A stretch of DNA of 59,749 nucleotides from a virus: UHGV virus genome UHGV-0185078; one strand, written 5' to 3'. Both the position numbers and the translations under genes were made by a program. Numbering within the stretch: the first letter of the stretch is position 1; every line of letters begins with the position of its first letter. A model generated the notes under the pieces. The model worked only from the letters and a program-made list of their open reading frames with translations. It had not been told where the DNA came from and did not search any database. This document shows, one piece after another, positions 27,784 to 37,491 of this stretch.

Positions 27784-29763
27784 TTAGAACGGAACGTAAT
27801 CCGGATCATCTACTTGCACAGGATTAACCACATTGTTCACCGTTATGCCTTGCGTATTCTGTGAAACAATATCATCCCAGCTCACATCATCATTGTTATA
27901 GCTCGGACCTTCTGTTGTTCCATCCTGCCCGTATACTTTAACCTGAATAGCTTCGTCGTCCTGTGGTGCTTCAAACTTACCGAAACACGTACCATCATAA
28001 TCATAGTTCAATATCTCAGGCCATTTCTTATTGGTATGAACTTTGATGTATTTCGGTGTTTTAAGCATTGCAGCAACATCAAGGGCTTCTTCAATAGTTT
28101 GTGGTAAAGGAAGATGCGTCCTTTTCTTCCACCATGCAACCGCTTTACGACCTGCCCAGTCACCATGAAGCAGAGCTACCCATTCGCTGAATATTTTACT
28201 ACCGCAATAATAAGTCACCTTCATTGTTGGAGGTTTGGAGCTGTCATTGCGTTTAGTGTGCTTCGCATAAGTGACATGCGTAACTTTAAAGTCTTCAACT
28301 ACCGGAATGTCTTGCTTGATTAAAGCTTCGGTACTTGCTGCCTTTTTAAGTTTTGTCTGGAACTTAAACTCATGACCGCAAAATCCTTCTTTAACATAAT
28401 CCGTTCCACGTAGTCTGAATCCCTTCAAATACAATTGTTGAACTTGTTCCTGTGTAACGCTGTCCATAGGAATTGGTGCAAAGCCACCGCAATAGCGAGC
28501 AGATGCATGATTATACGACCCGCACACATCGCATTCTTTAACCGGAGCAGTACCAGCACCTTTTTCGCCCGGGCGCTTGGGTTTAACAGGGTCGTTAATA
28601 GGGCCCAAACGACGCGTATTACCGCTGAAATCCAGTACAAGGCAGTTCTGCTTAGGGCTTGCTGCAATAGCTTGCAAGCGACCTTCCTGCGTGGAAAGAT
28701 CAAAGCCCTCCGCATATACCGGACGCGTACCGCGACCCAACATCTGAACCCATAGCACTGCCGAGGCAGTGGGGCGAAGCATAATAATTAGATCAAGCAT
28801 CGGATGGTCGAACCCTGTGGTTAAGACGTTGTTGTTCGTCAGCGCTCGAAACTCTCCACGCTTGAATTTTTCAATAATTTCATCACGCTCTTTTGCATCA
28901 AGCTTTGAGTGAATACATCCGCAACTAATACCCATATCGTTCAGCATATCACACGCATCTTTAGCGTGTTCAATACCAGAACAAAATATAAGCCAGCTTT
29001 GACGGTCTTCACCACATTCAATGGCTTCCTCAAGTGCGCGGAGTGTTGCGTCGTCGCGGTTCACTGCACTTTGCAGCTCACTCTGAATAAACTCACCGCC
29101 GCGTTTACCTACCCCGTTGAGGTCCAGTTCCATCTTTGTACGCTTTGGCACAACCGGAAGCAAATAACCTTGCTCCAGGAACCAGTTAAAGGCTTCAGGA
29201 GTAGTCGCATCAAACGTTACTTTATCAAATAAAGCATCATCGTCTTCGTTTTCCTTAACAATTGAGCCGTAACCCAGTCGATAAGGTGTAGCGGTAAGAC
29301 CGATAATTTTTAAATACGGGTTAACTTCACGCAATGCTGCAAAGAACTTCTTATACATTGTTGCATCACGCGGACTAATAAGGTGCGCTTCATCCACAAA
29401 GATTAGATCAACCTTGCCGAACTTTTTAGGATGCTTAGCAACGGATGCAATCCCCGCAAATGTGATAAGATTATAAACTTCTTTACGCTTCAAACCTGCA
29501 CTGTAAATACCTGCTGGCGCTTCAGGCCAGACTTTCATTAATTTATCATAGTTTTGCGCGATCAACTCTTTGACGTGAGTTAACATCATTACGCGCTGGT
29601 TTGGATACCATTTATAAAGCAGATCGAGGAACCCCGCGATAACGAGCGATTTTCCTGTCCCTGTTGGTAACAGGATCAAAGGGTTCCCCGCGTTACCCTT
29701 TTCAGCATCAAAATAGCGGAATACGCTATAAACTGCTTCCTGTTGATAATCGCGGAGCTGCAT
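27784..29763 (-). CDS. SF2 DEAD/DEAH-box DNA helicase
   Basis: Motif I LLPTGTGKS, motif II FVDEAH, motif III LTATP, motif VI QMLGRGTR; start taken at ATG 29763 (track start is TTG). Confidence 0.85.
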   Translation of the reverse strand: MQLRDYQQEAVYSVFRYFDAEKGNAGNPLILLPTGTGKSLVIAGFLDLLYKWYPNQRVMMLTHVKELIAQNYDKLMKVWPEAPAGIYSAGLKRKEVYNLITFAGIASVAKHPKKFGKVDLIFVDEAHLISPRDATMYKKFFAALREVNPYLKIIGLTATPYRLGYGSIVKENEDDDALFDKVTFDATTPEAFNWFLEQGYLLPVVPKRTKMELDLNGVGKRGGEFIQSELQSAVNRDDATLRALEEAIECGEDRQSWLIFCSGIEHAKDACDMLNDMGISCGCIHSKLDAKERDEIIEKFKRGEFRALTNNNVLTTGFDHPMLDLIIMLRPTASAVLWVQMLGRGTRPVYAEGFDLSTQEGRLQAIAASPKQNCLVLDFSGNTRRLGPINDPVKPKRPGEKGAGTAPVKECDVCGSYNHASARYCGGFAPIPMDSVTQEQVQQLYLKGFRLRGTDYVKEGFCGHEFKFQTKLKKAASTEALIKQDIPVVEDFKVTHVTYAKHTKRNDSSKPPTMKVTYYCGSKIFSEWVALLHGDWAGRKAVAWWKKRTHLPLPQTIEEALDVAAMLKTPKYIKVHTNKKWPEILNYDYDGTCFGKFEAPQDDEAIQVKVYGQDGTTEGPSYNNDDVSWDDIVSQNTQGITVNNVVNPVQVDDPDYVPF

Positions 29764-29765
29764 AA

Positions 29766-30674
29766 TCAATCTTTCCCGTAATAGTTAGCTACTTGATAGT
29801 TTTGACAACCAACTTTTTGACCCTGAGTATCTACTGCAACGGAATGGAAATTGCAATACCATGTTCCATCATCTTTTGGCTCAAGAAATTGACATGTGCG
29901 ACAGTTTACTTCCGGCATAGTTTTACGCCAGCACAATGAGGAGTGGTCGCACCATTTGCATTCGAAGAAGGTAGAGTCTTTGAATGCACGGTCAGGAATA
30001 TCCGTAGCAATAGCAATCTGCACACCACGATCAATATACATGTCCGCAGTGACCGGATCAAATGGAATAATTTCTGCGTAAACTTCATCATCGTTCTTGT
30101 TTACAGCAAGATATAACGCTGCGCCAAGTCCAAGCTTTCGCATGTACACGTTCATTTGCACATAGTGCTCAGGTTTAGCTTCTTTGACACCTTTAGCTTT
30201 CAGCTTCTTGAAAGACTTATCGTTGTGGGTCTTCATTTCAGTAAGCACAGGCATCCCAGGCTGAACGTCCGGACAACCTATAACCACACCATCGCAGGAA
30301 CCTCCAAAGTGTCCACCCGCTTCACTGATACGGAACTGGTGTCCGTTTTCATCCTGCTGGTAGACCTGCATACCTGCCGCAAGAAGCATAGCAATGAAAC
30401 GCGCTTCTTCCAGATGTCCGCGGTTAAATAGGCGGAGCTGGCGTCCATCAAATTCTTTACGAGTAGCCCAGCGATACCCGTAGAACAGCTTGCGAGCACA
30501 TTGTTGTCCAATAAGGGAAGCACCTAAGTGACTGCGATTCCCGCTTTCAGGACGATATGCGTCTTCAATTGTGGGAATAACTACGCCGAGATATTTACGG
30601 TAAGTCCCACCCTGATCTTTTTGCACACCGTCATTGATCGCTTGAAGTGTTTTTTCTGCAATATAAATAGCCAT
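29766..30674 (-). CDS. PD-(D/E)XK exonuclease with C-terminal Cys cluster (RecB/Cas4-like)
   Basis: GSCDGVV...LTEMKT D/ExK core; CKWCDHSSLC...CRTCQF...WYC cysteine cluster. Confidence 0.6.
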   Translation of the reverse strand: MAIYIAEKTLQAINDGVQKDQGGTYRKYLGVVIPTIEDAYRPESGNRSHLGASLIGQQCARKLFYGYRWATRKEFDGRQLRLFNRGHLEEARFIAMLLAAGMQVYQQDENGHQFRISEAGGHFGGSCDGVVIGCPDVQPGMPVLTEMKTHNDKSFKKLKAKGVKEAKPEHYVQMNVYMRKLGLGAALYLAVNKNDDEVYAEIIPFDPVTADMYIDRGVQIAIATDIPDRAFKDSTFFECKWCDHSSLCWRKTMPEVNCRTCQFLEPKDDGTWYCNFHSVAVDTQGQKVGCQNYQVANYYGKD

Positions 30675-30739
30675 TGGAGCACCTTAGAAAAATAAGCCGT
30701 CTTTCGACGGCTTAGGGACACTACAGAGGGAGGGTTAAC

Positions 30740-31624
30740 TTACTGCTGCCACGGCGGGACTGCTGCTTGTGCCGGATGGGGTTCAGCTTGCTGCTGTGGC
30801 TGCGCTTGCTGCTGCGGTGCTGCTGCCTGGCCCGGCTGCGCTACCTGTTGCGCCCACGGTTGCTGAGCTGCTTCCGGCGCTACTGGTTGTTGTACCGGAG
30901 CTTGCTGAACTGGCTGCTGTGGCGCTGCGTTTTGAGCAGGGTTATCCCACGGCTGCGGTGCAGCATTCTGCCACGGTTGAGCTGCTGCGCCCTGCTGCGG
31001 TGCTGGTTGCTGCTGCACAGGCTGCTGAACTGGCTGCTGTTGCTGTACCGGAGCTTGCTGCTGTACAGGCGCTTGCTGTTGCTGAGCAAACGGGTTAGCT
31101 GCTGACTGCTGTGGCGCTGCGCCTGGGAAAGTCGGTTGCTGTGCTGGCGCACCTGCACCAAACGGGTTAGCTACTGCTGGAGCACCCATTGATGGAGCCT
31201 CTGCTGCTTTTTCTGCATATTTAACCGGATCGTTGATGTTAGCGTAACCGTTAGGCTCGTTGCTGTCTTCATAACCTTCCTGAGAACGAACTTTCAGACG
31301 CAGGTTCAGCGGAATGTTATGCAGTTGCGCAGGAGTATCCCAGCGAATTACACCAACTGCATGAGACAGAGCGCCCAGTTGCTCGTAAGCGATACGCACA
31401 GTATCTTCGTTGTCATTGATGACGTTATAACGAGCAAAGATTTTACGCCCTTTAGCAAAACCGTCAATGATGCTAAACGTTGCCTGGATCGCCATACCGC
31501 CATTTTTGGTCGGTTTAAATTCAGATGCTTCAATTACTGCTTTATACCAACCTTTCGGCAATGCGCCGTAAGAAGGTGCTTGATAGCTGCTCGCGTCAAA
31601 GTGGAAATTAGTTGGCATAGTCAT
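30740..31624 (-). CDS. putative ssDNA-binding protein with long Gln/Pro/Ala-rich C-terminal tail
   Basis: 294 aa; N-terminal globular part then about 160 aa of A/P/Q low complexity with PWQ/PWD repeats ending PPWQQ; adjacent to Sak4-like ATPase. Confidence 0.45.
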   Translation of the reverse strand: MTMPTNFHFDASSYQAPSYGALPKGWYKAVIEASEFKPTKNGGMAIQATFSIIDGFAKGRKIFARYNVINDNEDTVRIAYEQLGALSHAVGVIRWDTPAQLHNIPLNLRLKVRSQEGYEDSNEPNGYANINDPVKYAEKAAEAPSMGAPAVANPFGAGAPAQQPTFPGAAPQQSAANPFAQQQQAPVQQQAPVQQQQPVQQPVQQQPAPQQGAAAQPWQNAAPQPWDNPAQNAAPQQPVQQAPVQQPVAPEAAQQPWAQQVAQPGQAAAPQQQAQPQQQAEPHPAQAAVPPWQQ

Positions 31625-32352
31625 TAGTTGATACCTTTCATTTTGTTGATAACAGAACCTAAGTGTGGGACTTCAACCGCATCTAAACGTCCCGAACGAT
31701 CCTTAGCGATTGTATTAAAGTCCGGTTGAGTTTGCAAGTAACGATATGAGTTACCTTGCTGATCCTTATTTACATTCAGACGAAACACTTCGTCGAAGAA
31801 GTAAGGGAGCATTTGCCCCAATTTGGACCCAGGCATAGATGGAGCATACGCGGTAACACCGGAGACTTCATCTTTGTCTTTGCCCATTTTAGCAGACATA
31901 TAAACATGTTTGCCAGGAATATCGCGAAATTTACGGATCAGATCTTGCATCTTTTCAAGCAAAGTACCATAAGCTTGACGAGGATCTTTTGTTCCTTTTT
32001 TCGCATTGTTTAAACATTGTTCAGCAATTTCGCTCAAGCTGTCAAGCGCAATAGAATCGAAATACTGCTGGTTAGCTGGAGTTACACACCACTGATAAGC
32101 AGCTTCAACGTCCTCCAGACATTTAACTTCGATAACAGGAATATCATAAACGATCGGCAATCCCATGTTACCATAAACGCGATTAAGGTTTTCCGCTGCA
32201 ATAGATAACAGACCGGACTCTGCGCTGATCAAAATTGGTTTAGGTAGTGTGGCTACAAGGCTGGTTTTACCCATACCCGCTTCACCGTAAACCAGAATTT
32301 TAACGCCTGTGTCTTGCACTACTTGTGAAGACATTTTAATTTCAATGGCCAT
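31624..32352 (-). CDS. RecA-fold ATPase (Sak4-like)
   Basis: Walker A LVYGEAGMGKTS; hydrophobic-Asp Walker B IALDSLSE; 242 aa. Confidence 0.65.
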   Translation of the reverse strand: MAIEIKMSSQVVQDTGVKILVYGEAGMGKTSLVATLPKPILISAESGLLSIAAENLNRVYGNMGLPIVYDIPVIEVKCLEDVEAAYQWCVTPANQQYFDSIALDSLSEIAEQCLNNAKKGTKDPRQAYGTLLEKMQDLIRKFRDIPGKHVYMSAKMGKDKDEVSGVTAYAPSMPGSKLGQMLPYFFDEVFRLNVNKDQQGNSYRYLQTQPDFNTIAKDRSGRLDAVEVPHLGSVINKMKGIN

Positions 32353-32417
32353 TTAACGCCTCTCTTTTAAGTTCGTGCTCATTGTAACGTAATATACTTT
32401 GAACCCTCAATTACTTT

Positions 32418-33344
32418 TTAATCTAAAGCCTGATCAGTTTCATCGCGGAAATGCATAAAGTTAGCAAAACGCGGTTTATCTTTAACACCATGAGGGAAGT
32501 GTTTATATGAAATAGTCCGACCTTTAATCTTGTCAGGGTTATTCCAATAATAAATCTTATCCTCTTGTGTTAGTTTACCAGGACTAACGTTGATTGTATT
32601 ACCAGTCTTAACGTCTTTACAAACAAGCGTCCCAATCATACCGTTAGGAACTTTATTTTCCTGATGTGAAGATCGTGTAGTCCTTCCCAGCTCGTTAACG
32701 GTAGCTTCATTAAGATTAGTTTCACCCTCAATAATATCGAGGACAATAGCGTCTTCCTGAATAAAGCGTTTAATACGAAGATATCCACCTTCGCGAACTG
32801 TACCTCGCCCATGCTTATAAGGCTTTTCAGGATCGCGGATAATAATACCTTCATAACCCATATCAAGCCAGATGTTTTCCCAGTAGAGCAGCTCTTGCAA
32901 AGACTTAACCACATACATTGGCACAACTTGCAGATCGAGCAATTCGCCTTTAGCGTGCTGTGTGGTTATAAAGTCTTTCATCATGTTGTAGCGTGCTTCA
33001 TAGCCCAGCTCTGCAACACTTTCCGCGCACAGATCAAAGATGTGCCATTTCAGGAATGGTTCACCTTCAATTGTGTTTACCGCACTGGTTGTTTTACGGC
33101 ACAGATCCGGGTCCGTTTCAACTCCTGCCGCAAGCTCACCGTCATAGCCCATGTATTGAGGACCGCTGAAAATTGCGCTTGTATGGCGGTTTTTAAACAG
33201 CTTTAAGCTGCGCCCTACTATTTGCCCATCCGGATTTAAACCGCGCACACCGTCGATTTTAGGCAGTATACAGCACGGAAACTTAATCTTTTCTTCAACA
33301 GCGTCAGTCGCTAAATGTGGTTTGAATGCCATTGTTAACCTCAT
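32418..33344 (-). CDS. ATP-dependent DNA ligase
   Basis: Adenylation motif I KIDGVRG, downstream YDGEL and EGIIIRD motifs; 308 aa. Confidence 0.8.
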   Translation of the reverse strand: MRLTMAFKPHLATDAVEEKIKFPCCILPKIDGVRGLNPDGQIVGRSLKLFKNRHTSAIFSGPQYMGYDGELAAGVETDPDLCRKTTSAVNTIEGEPFLKWHIFDLCAESVAELGYEARYNMMKDFITTQHAKGELLDLQVVPMYVVKSLQELLYWENIWLDMGYEGIIIRDPEKPYKHGRGTVREGGYLRIKRFIQEDAIVLDIIEGETNLNEATVNELGRTTRSSHQENKVPNGMIGTLVCKDVKTGNTINVSPGKLTQEDKIYYWNNPDKIKGRTISYKHFPHGVKDKPRFANFMHFRDETDQALD

Positions 33345-33964
33345 TCATAATAATCATGTTGATGGGAACTGCTGCGTATACCGCAACGTTCTAAAAGTAT
33401 TGCAGCTTTTTGAGCTTTCTCTTTCATACGGGTATTACGGCGTAAATGTCCGCTACCCTTTTTAGGTCTATTTTCCTTTTTCTTTGCTTCGGAAATAAGC
33501 TCTTTGCATTCCTGCAAACGGATCTTGCTTCTTTCCAACCGCATAGCAGAACGCGCACGTTCATCGCAGAATCTTTGAGCTTTGCTACGCTGGTCCTGAT
33601 TACTTGTATGACCTTTAACGTGGCGAAACTCAATAGTAAGGTTATATTTACGAAGTTGATCGTTCAACCATTTGAAAGCTGTACCTTCCTGTTCGCTTTT
33701 CCAGCTTGCCTCTTTATACACTTTAATAGCTGTTGAACAATCTGTTTGCACAATTAAATGATCACCCGATTGAATTAAATTAGCTTTCAATCCTTCCCAA
33801 ATGACATTACAAATTGCCATTGTTTCAGCTGCATTGTTATCCGGAGCGCCGCGTAATGGACCACCATTAGCATTATTTCCACGGTTACAGACTACCCATC
33901 CACCATATCCCGCGGCTTTTGTATTTGGGCAAAAACTTGCATCAGAAATAATTGTTACTCTCAT
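33341..33964 (-). CDS. RNase H-like nuclease
   Basis: 207 aa; IISDASF, AAETMAI, QTDCS, KGHTSNQD arrangement consistent with RNase HI catalytic residues; basic C-terminal tail. Confidence 0.6.
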   Translation of the reverse strand: MRVTIISDASFCPNTKAAGYGGWVVCNRGNNANGGPLRGAPDNNAAETMAICNVIWEGLKANLIQSGDHLIVQTDCSTAIKVYKEASWKSEQEGTAFKWLNDQLRKYNLTIEFRHVKGHTSNQDQRSKAQRFCDERARSAMRLERSKIRLQECKELISEAKKKENRPKKGSGHLRRNTRMKEKAQKAAILLERCGIRSSSHQHDYYE

Positions 33965-34008
33965 TGTTTTTCCTTAATAAAAAGGGGGTCGAAAGACCCC
34001 CTTGTAAG

Positions 34009-34239
34009 TTATGCAGGAATAGATTCTTCCGGTTCTTCAGGGATCACAATTTCAATCTCTTCTTCATTTTGGAAGGTTAGACGGAAACCATCTCCTGGGC
34101 GCCCGAAAGCAAAGGTAAGGGCTATCGTATTATCCTGCTCGTAATGACAGATACTTTCTACTTTCATTTCGTTACCGTAAAAGTCACGGTAAATCATTCC
34201 AGGAAGCGCATCGGTCGCTTTGATCTTTCTTACAGCCAT
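34009..34239 (-). CDS. hypothetical protein
   Basis: 76 aa ORF. Confidence 0.35.
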   Translation of the reverse strand: MAVRKIKATDALPGMIYRDFYGNEMKVESICHYEQDNTIALTFAFGRPGDGFRLTFQNEEEIEIVIPEEPEESIPA

Positions 34240-34250
34240 TATTCCCCCGT

Positions 34251-35042
34251 TTACAGTTTGTCTTTGAACTCTTCGATATATTGCTCGATCGGATACTGCT
34301 TGCGCTTGAAACGATCAAACAAGATTTTAGCAGATTCTACGTCTTCGTCGCTCTCTTTACTTGCGCCCGGTGCCATAAAATCACGCCATGTAAAACCGTT
34401 CAGATTATGCATCTTAGCGATGTGTTTATTGTAACGACTTTCCCAGTCCACACGCGGGCCTTCCATCTTGCGTAAACCGCGCCCAAGCACCTGTACATAT
34501 AAATCTTTCTGACGTTGTACAGCTTCGCCATTATAAGGTCCGGTTTTAAACTCAACAACACTACCGTTAAGATCTGCACCATCCGCAAAGTTGTGTAGCA
34601 TAGTTTCAATAACGTCATTCAATGTTGGAACCGTCACTTTGCCCTGGGCAATACCTGCCAAATAACCAACATTTTCTTCACCGTACAACTCGATCAGTTC
34701 TTTCTTGGTCGCTTCTGCTTCTTTATTTGCAAACAGAGCTAACATCTGTTGTTCGAACATGTGTTCCTGTTCCAGGAAGTGGGCATAGCGTTCTTCGTCC
34801 ACTTTGCACACAATCCATTTATATTCAACATCCTTGCTGAAGTCCGGATACTGATCCACTTCTACTACTTCCGTAGTAAAGAACTTGCCGTTATATTGAA
34901 TAACAACAGTATCGCCCGGTTGTAGTTCGTCGCTTTCCAGGGCACGGTAGGTATAAAGACGACCACCTGCTTCAAACTTAACTTTGACAGTTACAACACC
35001 TTTTAACAGGGCATGATAAGCTTTCTGAAATTCTTTACGCAT
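34251..35042 (-). CDS. hypothetical protein
   Basis: 263 aa ORF in replication module, no recognised motif. Confidence 0.45.
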   Translation of the reverse strand: MRKEFQKAYHALLKGVVTVKVKFEAGGRLYTYRALESDELQPGDTVVIQYNGKFFTTEVVEVDQYPDFSKDVEYKWIVCKVDEERYAHFLEQEHMFEQQMLALFANKEAEATKKELIELYGEENVGYLAGIAQGKVTVPTLNDVIETMLHNFADGADLNGSVVEFKTGPYNGEAVQRQKDLYVQVLGRGLRKMEGPRVDWESRYNKHIAKMHNLNGFTWRDFMAPGASKESDEDVESAKILFDRFKRKQYPIEQYIEEFKDKL

Positions 35043-35083
35043 TTTAGTTTCCTCTTGGGCGGATTGACCGCCCGTTAATGTGG

Positions 35084-35494
35084 TTAAGCTTTATTTGGAA
35101 CGATTTCCAGTGATGCAGATCCAACTTTAGATTCAACACACTGGTTGAAGACTGCGGCTTGCTCCGCTGTAAGTTTACGCCAAGCCGCAACTTTCAATAC
35201 AGGTTTATTTTCCACAAGCTGATCAACGTTAACACCAACTTTAATCAGATCGCCCAGGATTCCGTTAAGACTTGGAAGATCAATCTTACGATCAATCTTG
35301 TGGGTCATTTTCATAACCCCGCCAGTAATTTCAACTTTATTAGTCCCCTCAGACGGCGCTGGGAAATAGGACTTAATAATCTTATCACGGAGTGCTCGCT
35401 CACGAGCTTGCAGCTTCTGCAATTCCGCTTTAGTTTTATACCACTCAATTACATCTGCTTCTGTTGCTTGTACTGCTTTATCTGCGTCGAACAT
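35084..35494 (-). CDS. hypothetical protein
   Basis: Start set to ATG 35494 (GAGGA RBS 7 nt upstream); 136 aa. Confidence 0.45.
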   Translation of the reverse strand: MFDADKAVQATEADVIEWYKTKAELQKLQARERALRDKIIKSYFPAPSEGTNKVEITGGVMKMTHKIDRKIDLPSLNGILGDLIKVGVNVDQLVENKPVLKVAAWRKLTAEQAAVFNQCVESKVGSASLEIVPNKA

Positions 35495-35558
35495 TTTTTC
35501 TGTCCTCTGTTGTGTTTCGATGTATGTATAGTAGCACATCCATGTGCTTAGGCAAGAC

Positions 35559-36152
35559 TTATTTTTTATCTAAATGACGTGAAGTCATGATCGGATGCGT
35601 AGCAGCTTCTTCCTCTGCTGTAACCACATTGGCAGATGTACCAGTGGACCCGAAACCATTAGCACCGCGCTCAGTAATTTTGAGCTCGTCTACTTCTACC
35701 AGTTGCACGCAAGGGACCTTAATAAGCATAGCTTGCGCAATACGATCACCATGACTAACGGTAAAACTACCATCATGATCAATAGTGAGCTTAACCTTAA
35801 CTTCCCCAGTGTAATCGCTGTCAATAACACCCACGCAGTTTGCCAGACGCACGTCATTTTTGAATCCGTGCCCACTACGGGAATAGACCATAAGCGCATA
35901 CCCTTTAGGGATATCAAACGCTAACCCTGTGCGGAATATGTGCTCGTAAGAGAAAATGATTTGTTCACAACCGTCTTCACTTTTGAGATCCGCGTGCAGG
36001 TCAAAGCAAGCTGCCCCGGCAGTAGCGAACGCTGGCAAGATGGCGCTGTCTGTTAAGCGTTTCACACCGACCGGAATTGTGCTTAATGATGCAGCAAGTT
36101 TTTCAACATCAATTGCAAAAGAATTTTTTGTGATATTTAATACGTCAGTCAT
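35559..36152 (-). CDS. dut: dUTP pyrophosphatase (trimeric dUTPase)
   Basis: AGAACFDLHA, YSRSG and GVIDSDYTGEV motifs. Confidence 0.85.
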   Translation of the reverse strand: MTDVLNITKNSFAIDVEKLAASLSTIPVGVKRLTDSAILPAFATAGAACFDLHADLKSEDGCEQIIFSYEHIFRTGLAFDIPKGYALMVYSRSGHGFKNDVRLANCVGVIDSDYTGEVKVKLTIDHDGSFTVSHGDRIAQAMLIKVPCVQLVEVDELKITERGANGFGSTGTSANVVTAEEEAATHPIMTSRHLDKK

Positions 36153-36164
36153 AATTTCACCTTA

Positions 36165-36629
36165 TTAAGAGTATGTACCTGTTTGAACAATGTGATTAAT
36201 AGCATGTGCTCTGAAGATTTCCCTAAAATCTTCAAGTTCTATTGTAGCACGAATTGGTTCCTTTTTAATATAATGATTGAACTCATTAATATCAAAGACG
36301 GAAGGGTTCATACATATAACAACTTTCCAACCTGCTCTAGGAATCTTATACATTAAGACTGGGATTTTATTACATTCCTGTGCAGACTTAACAGTTTGCT
36401 TCCACCATGTGTTAACAGCAAGAGTTGCATGGTTTTTGATCTCTACACAATATTGGCAAGTATTATCAATATCCGCACCACCTACAGCCGATTGATTTTG
36501 TCGCCTTTGTGCAATAGGTTTAGGTGGTAACGGTTTACCAATAAGCTTATGCACTTCCGCATAGATATCGTTGAAAAAATCGCAAGCTTCCCTTTCAGCT
36601 CTCTGACCTTTTTGCCGTATGTTGACCAT
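36165..36629 (-). CDS. PD-(D/E)XK-type nuclease-like protein
   Basis: GGADID...CVEIK motif; start placed at ATG 36629 (AAGGA RBS); 5' end overlaps HNH gene by 35 nt. Confidence 0.45.
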   Translation of the reverse strand: MVNIRQKGQRAEREACDFFNDIYAEVHKLIGKPLPPKPIAQRRQNQSAVGGADIDNTCQYCVEIKNHATLAVNTWWKQTVKSAQECNKIPVLMYKIPRAGWKVVICMNPSVFDINEFNHYIKKEPIRATIELEDFREIFRAHAINHIVQTGTYS

Positions 36630-37107
36630 GATTTGCAAATTCCTTATGTAATTCCAATCTTTTAGTTCTAACCCAAGCTTTAGCAGCTTGTAAACCTTCA
36701 GGTGTAAGTTCAAAATATTTTGATACCAAAACACCTTTTACATGTAAGTTTGCATAATAGACTTGAATGCCATTATGTTTTGTAATAGTTACGCACTTAA
36801 CACCAGTCTTTGAGTCTTTACGAATAACCATATTATAATTGTTCTGTGAACGATCAGCCAGTCTAAGATTTTCTATTCTGTTATCATCTCGAACTCCGTT
36901 AATATGATCAATTATCTTGTCTTCAGGAATATCACCATTGAAGTATTGCCATATTAACCTGTGAGCGAAATAAAATCTCTTATCAATTTTACCTTGAATG
37001 TAACCATCCTGACGTTTTGTACCAAATGGTCTTTTATTATAACCGTTTTTATTTCTTTGAAATAATTTGCCATCTATATAAATAAAGCGATCGTTTACAT
37101 TGATCAT
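36595..37107 (-). CDS. HNH homing endonuclease
   Basis: HRLIWQYFNGDIPEDKIIDHINGVRDDNRIENLRL HNH motif; start taken at ATG 37107. Confidence 0.75.
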   Translation of the reverse strand: MINVNDRFIYIDGKLFQRNKNGYNKRPFGTKRQDGYIQGKIDKRFYFAHRLIWQYFNGDIPEDKIIDHINGVRDDNRIENLRLADRSQNNYNMVIRKDSKTGVKCVTITKHNGIQVYYANLHVKGVLVSKYFELTPEGLQAAKAWVRTKRLELHKEFANHGQHTAKRSES

Positions 37108-37153
37108 GTTTACCTCCTTTATATGTATTTTAATATGAAGTAAAATCAATCTC

Positions 37154-37185
37154 AATAAAAAAGCGCAACGTTTTCACGCTGCGCT
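37154..37185 (-). terminator. rho-independent terminator closing the structured non-coding island
   Basis: Minus strand agcgcagcg-tgaaaa-cgttgcgct hairpin followed by tttttt. Confidence 0.6.
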
Positions 37186-37491
37186 TAGTTTAAATAAGGT
37201 ACTTGACTATTCAGCTTCCCTTATTTCCGGTAAATTGTACAGCCTCGCCAAAGGCTGGTGACGGTTTGGTACATCTGGCGCCGTCGCGTTAAACATCGTT
37301 TACATCGTTCAGTAAGTTGCGGGTTTACCCTGTCCGCTCCAGGAAGCCCAGCGAAAGTAGTTGCTGTAAGGAGGTACAGCTACCGCTTTCAAGGGCTTGA
37401 GTTAAGCATCGTTCACTAAGTTAATGTTGTTAAATTGTTAAACCTCGTTAACTGTGGTTATCTTAAAGGATGCAGTCTTGAATGGCAAGCT
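37186..37491 (-). other. GC-rich structured non-coding island (candidate ncRNA or cis element) between the HNH genes
   Basis: No ORF on either strand; multiple short perfect stems (cagcct-cgccaa-aggctg, gctgta-aggagg-tacagc, gggt-tt-accc); closed by terminator 37154-37185 on the minus strand. Confidence 0.4.
37294..37423. repeat. direct repeats catcgttca(g/c)taagtt within the structured island
   Basis: Copies at 37303-37318 and 37408-37423 (15/16 identical) plus partial copy catcgtt at 37294-37300. Confidence 0.5.

Noticed and set aside
30767-31105. Plus-strand ORFs 30767-31105 and 30769-31098 (Leu/Arg-rich and Ala-rich)
   Set aside because: Antisense artefacts of the CAG/CTG-rich region encoding the Q/P tail of the SSB-like protein
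36595-37491. Group I intron containing the HNH ORF and splitting a nuclease gene
   Set aside because: Could not identify conserved P7/P3 core elements or splice-site pairings by eye; kept as a testable alternative within the finding rather than as an annotated feature
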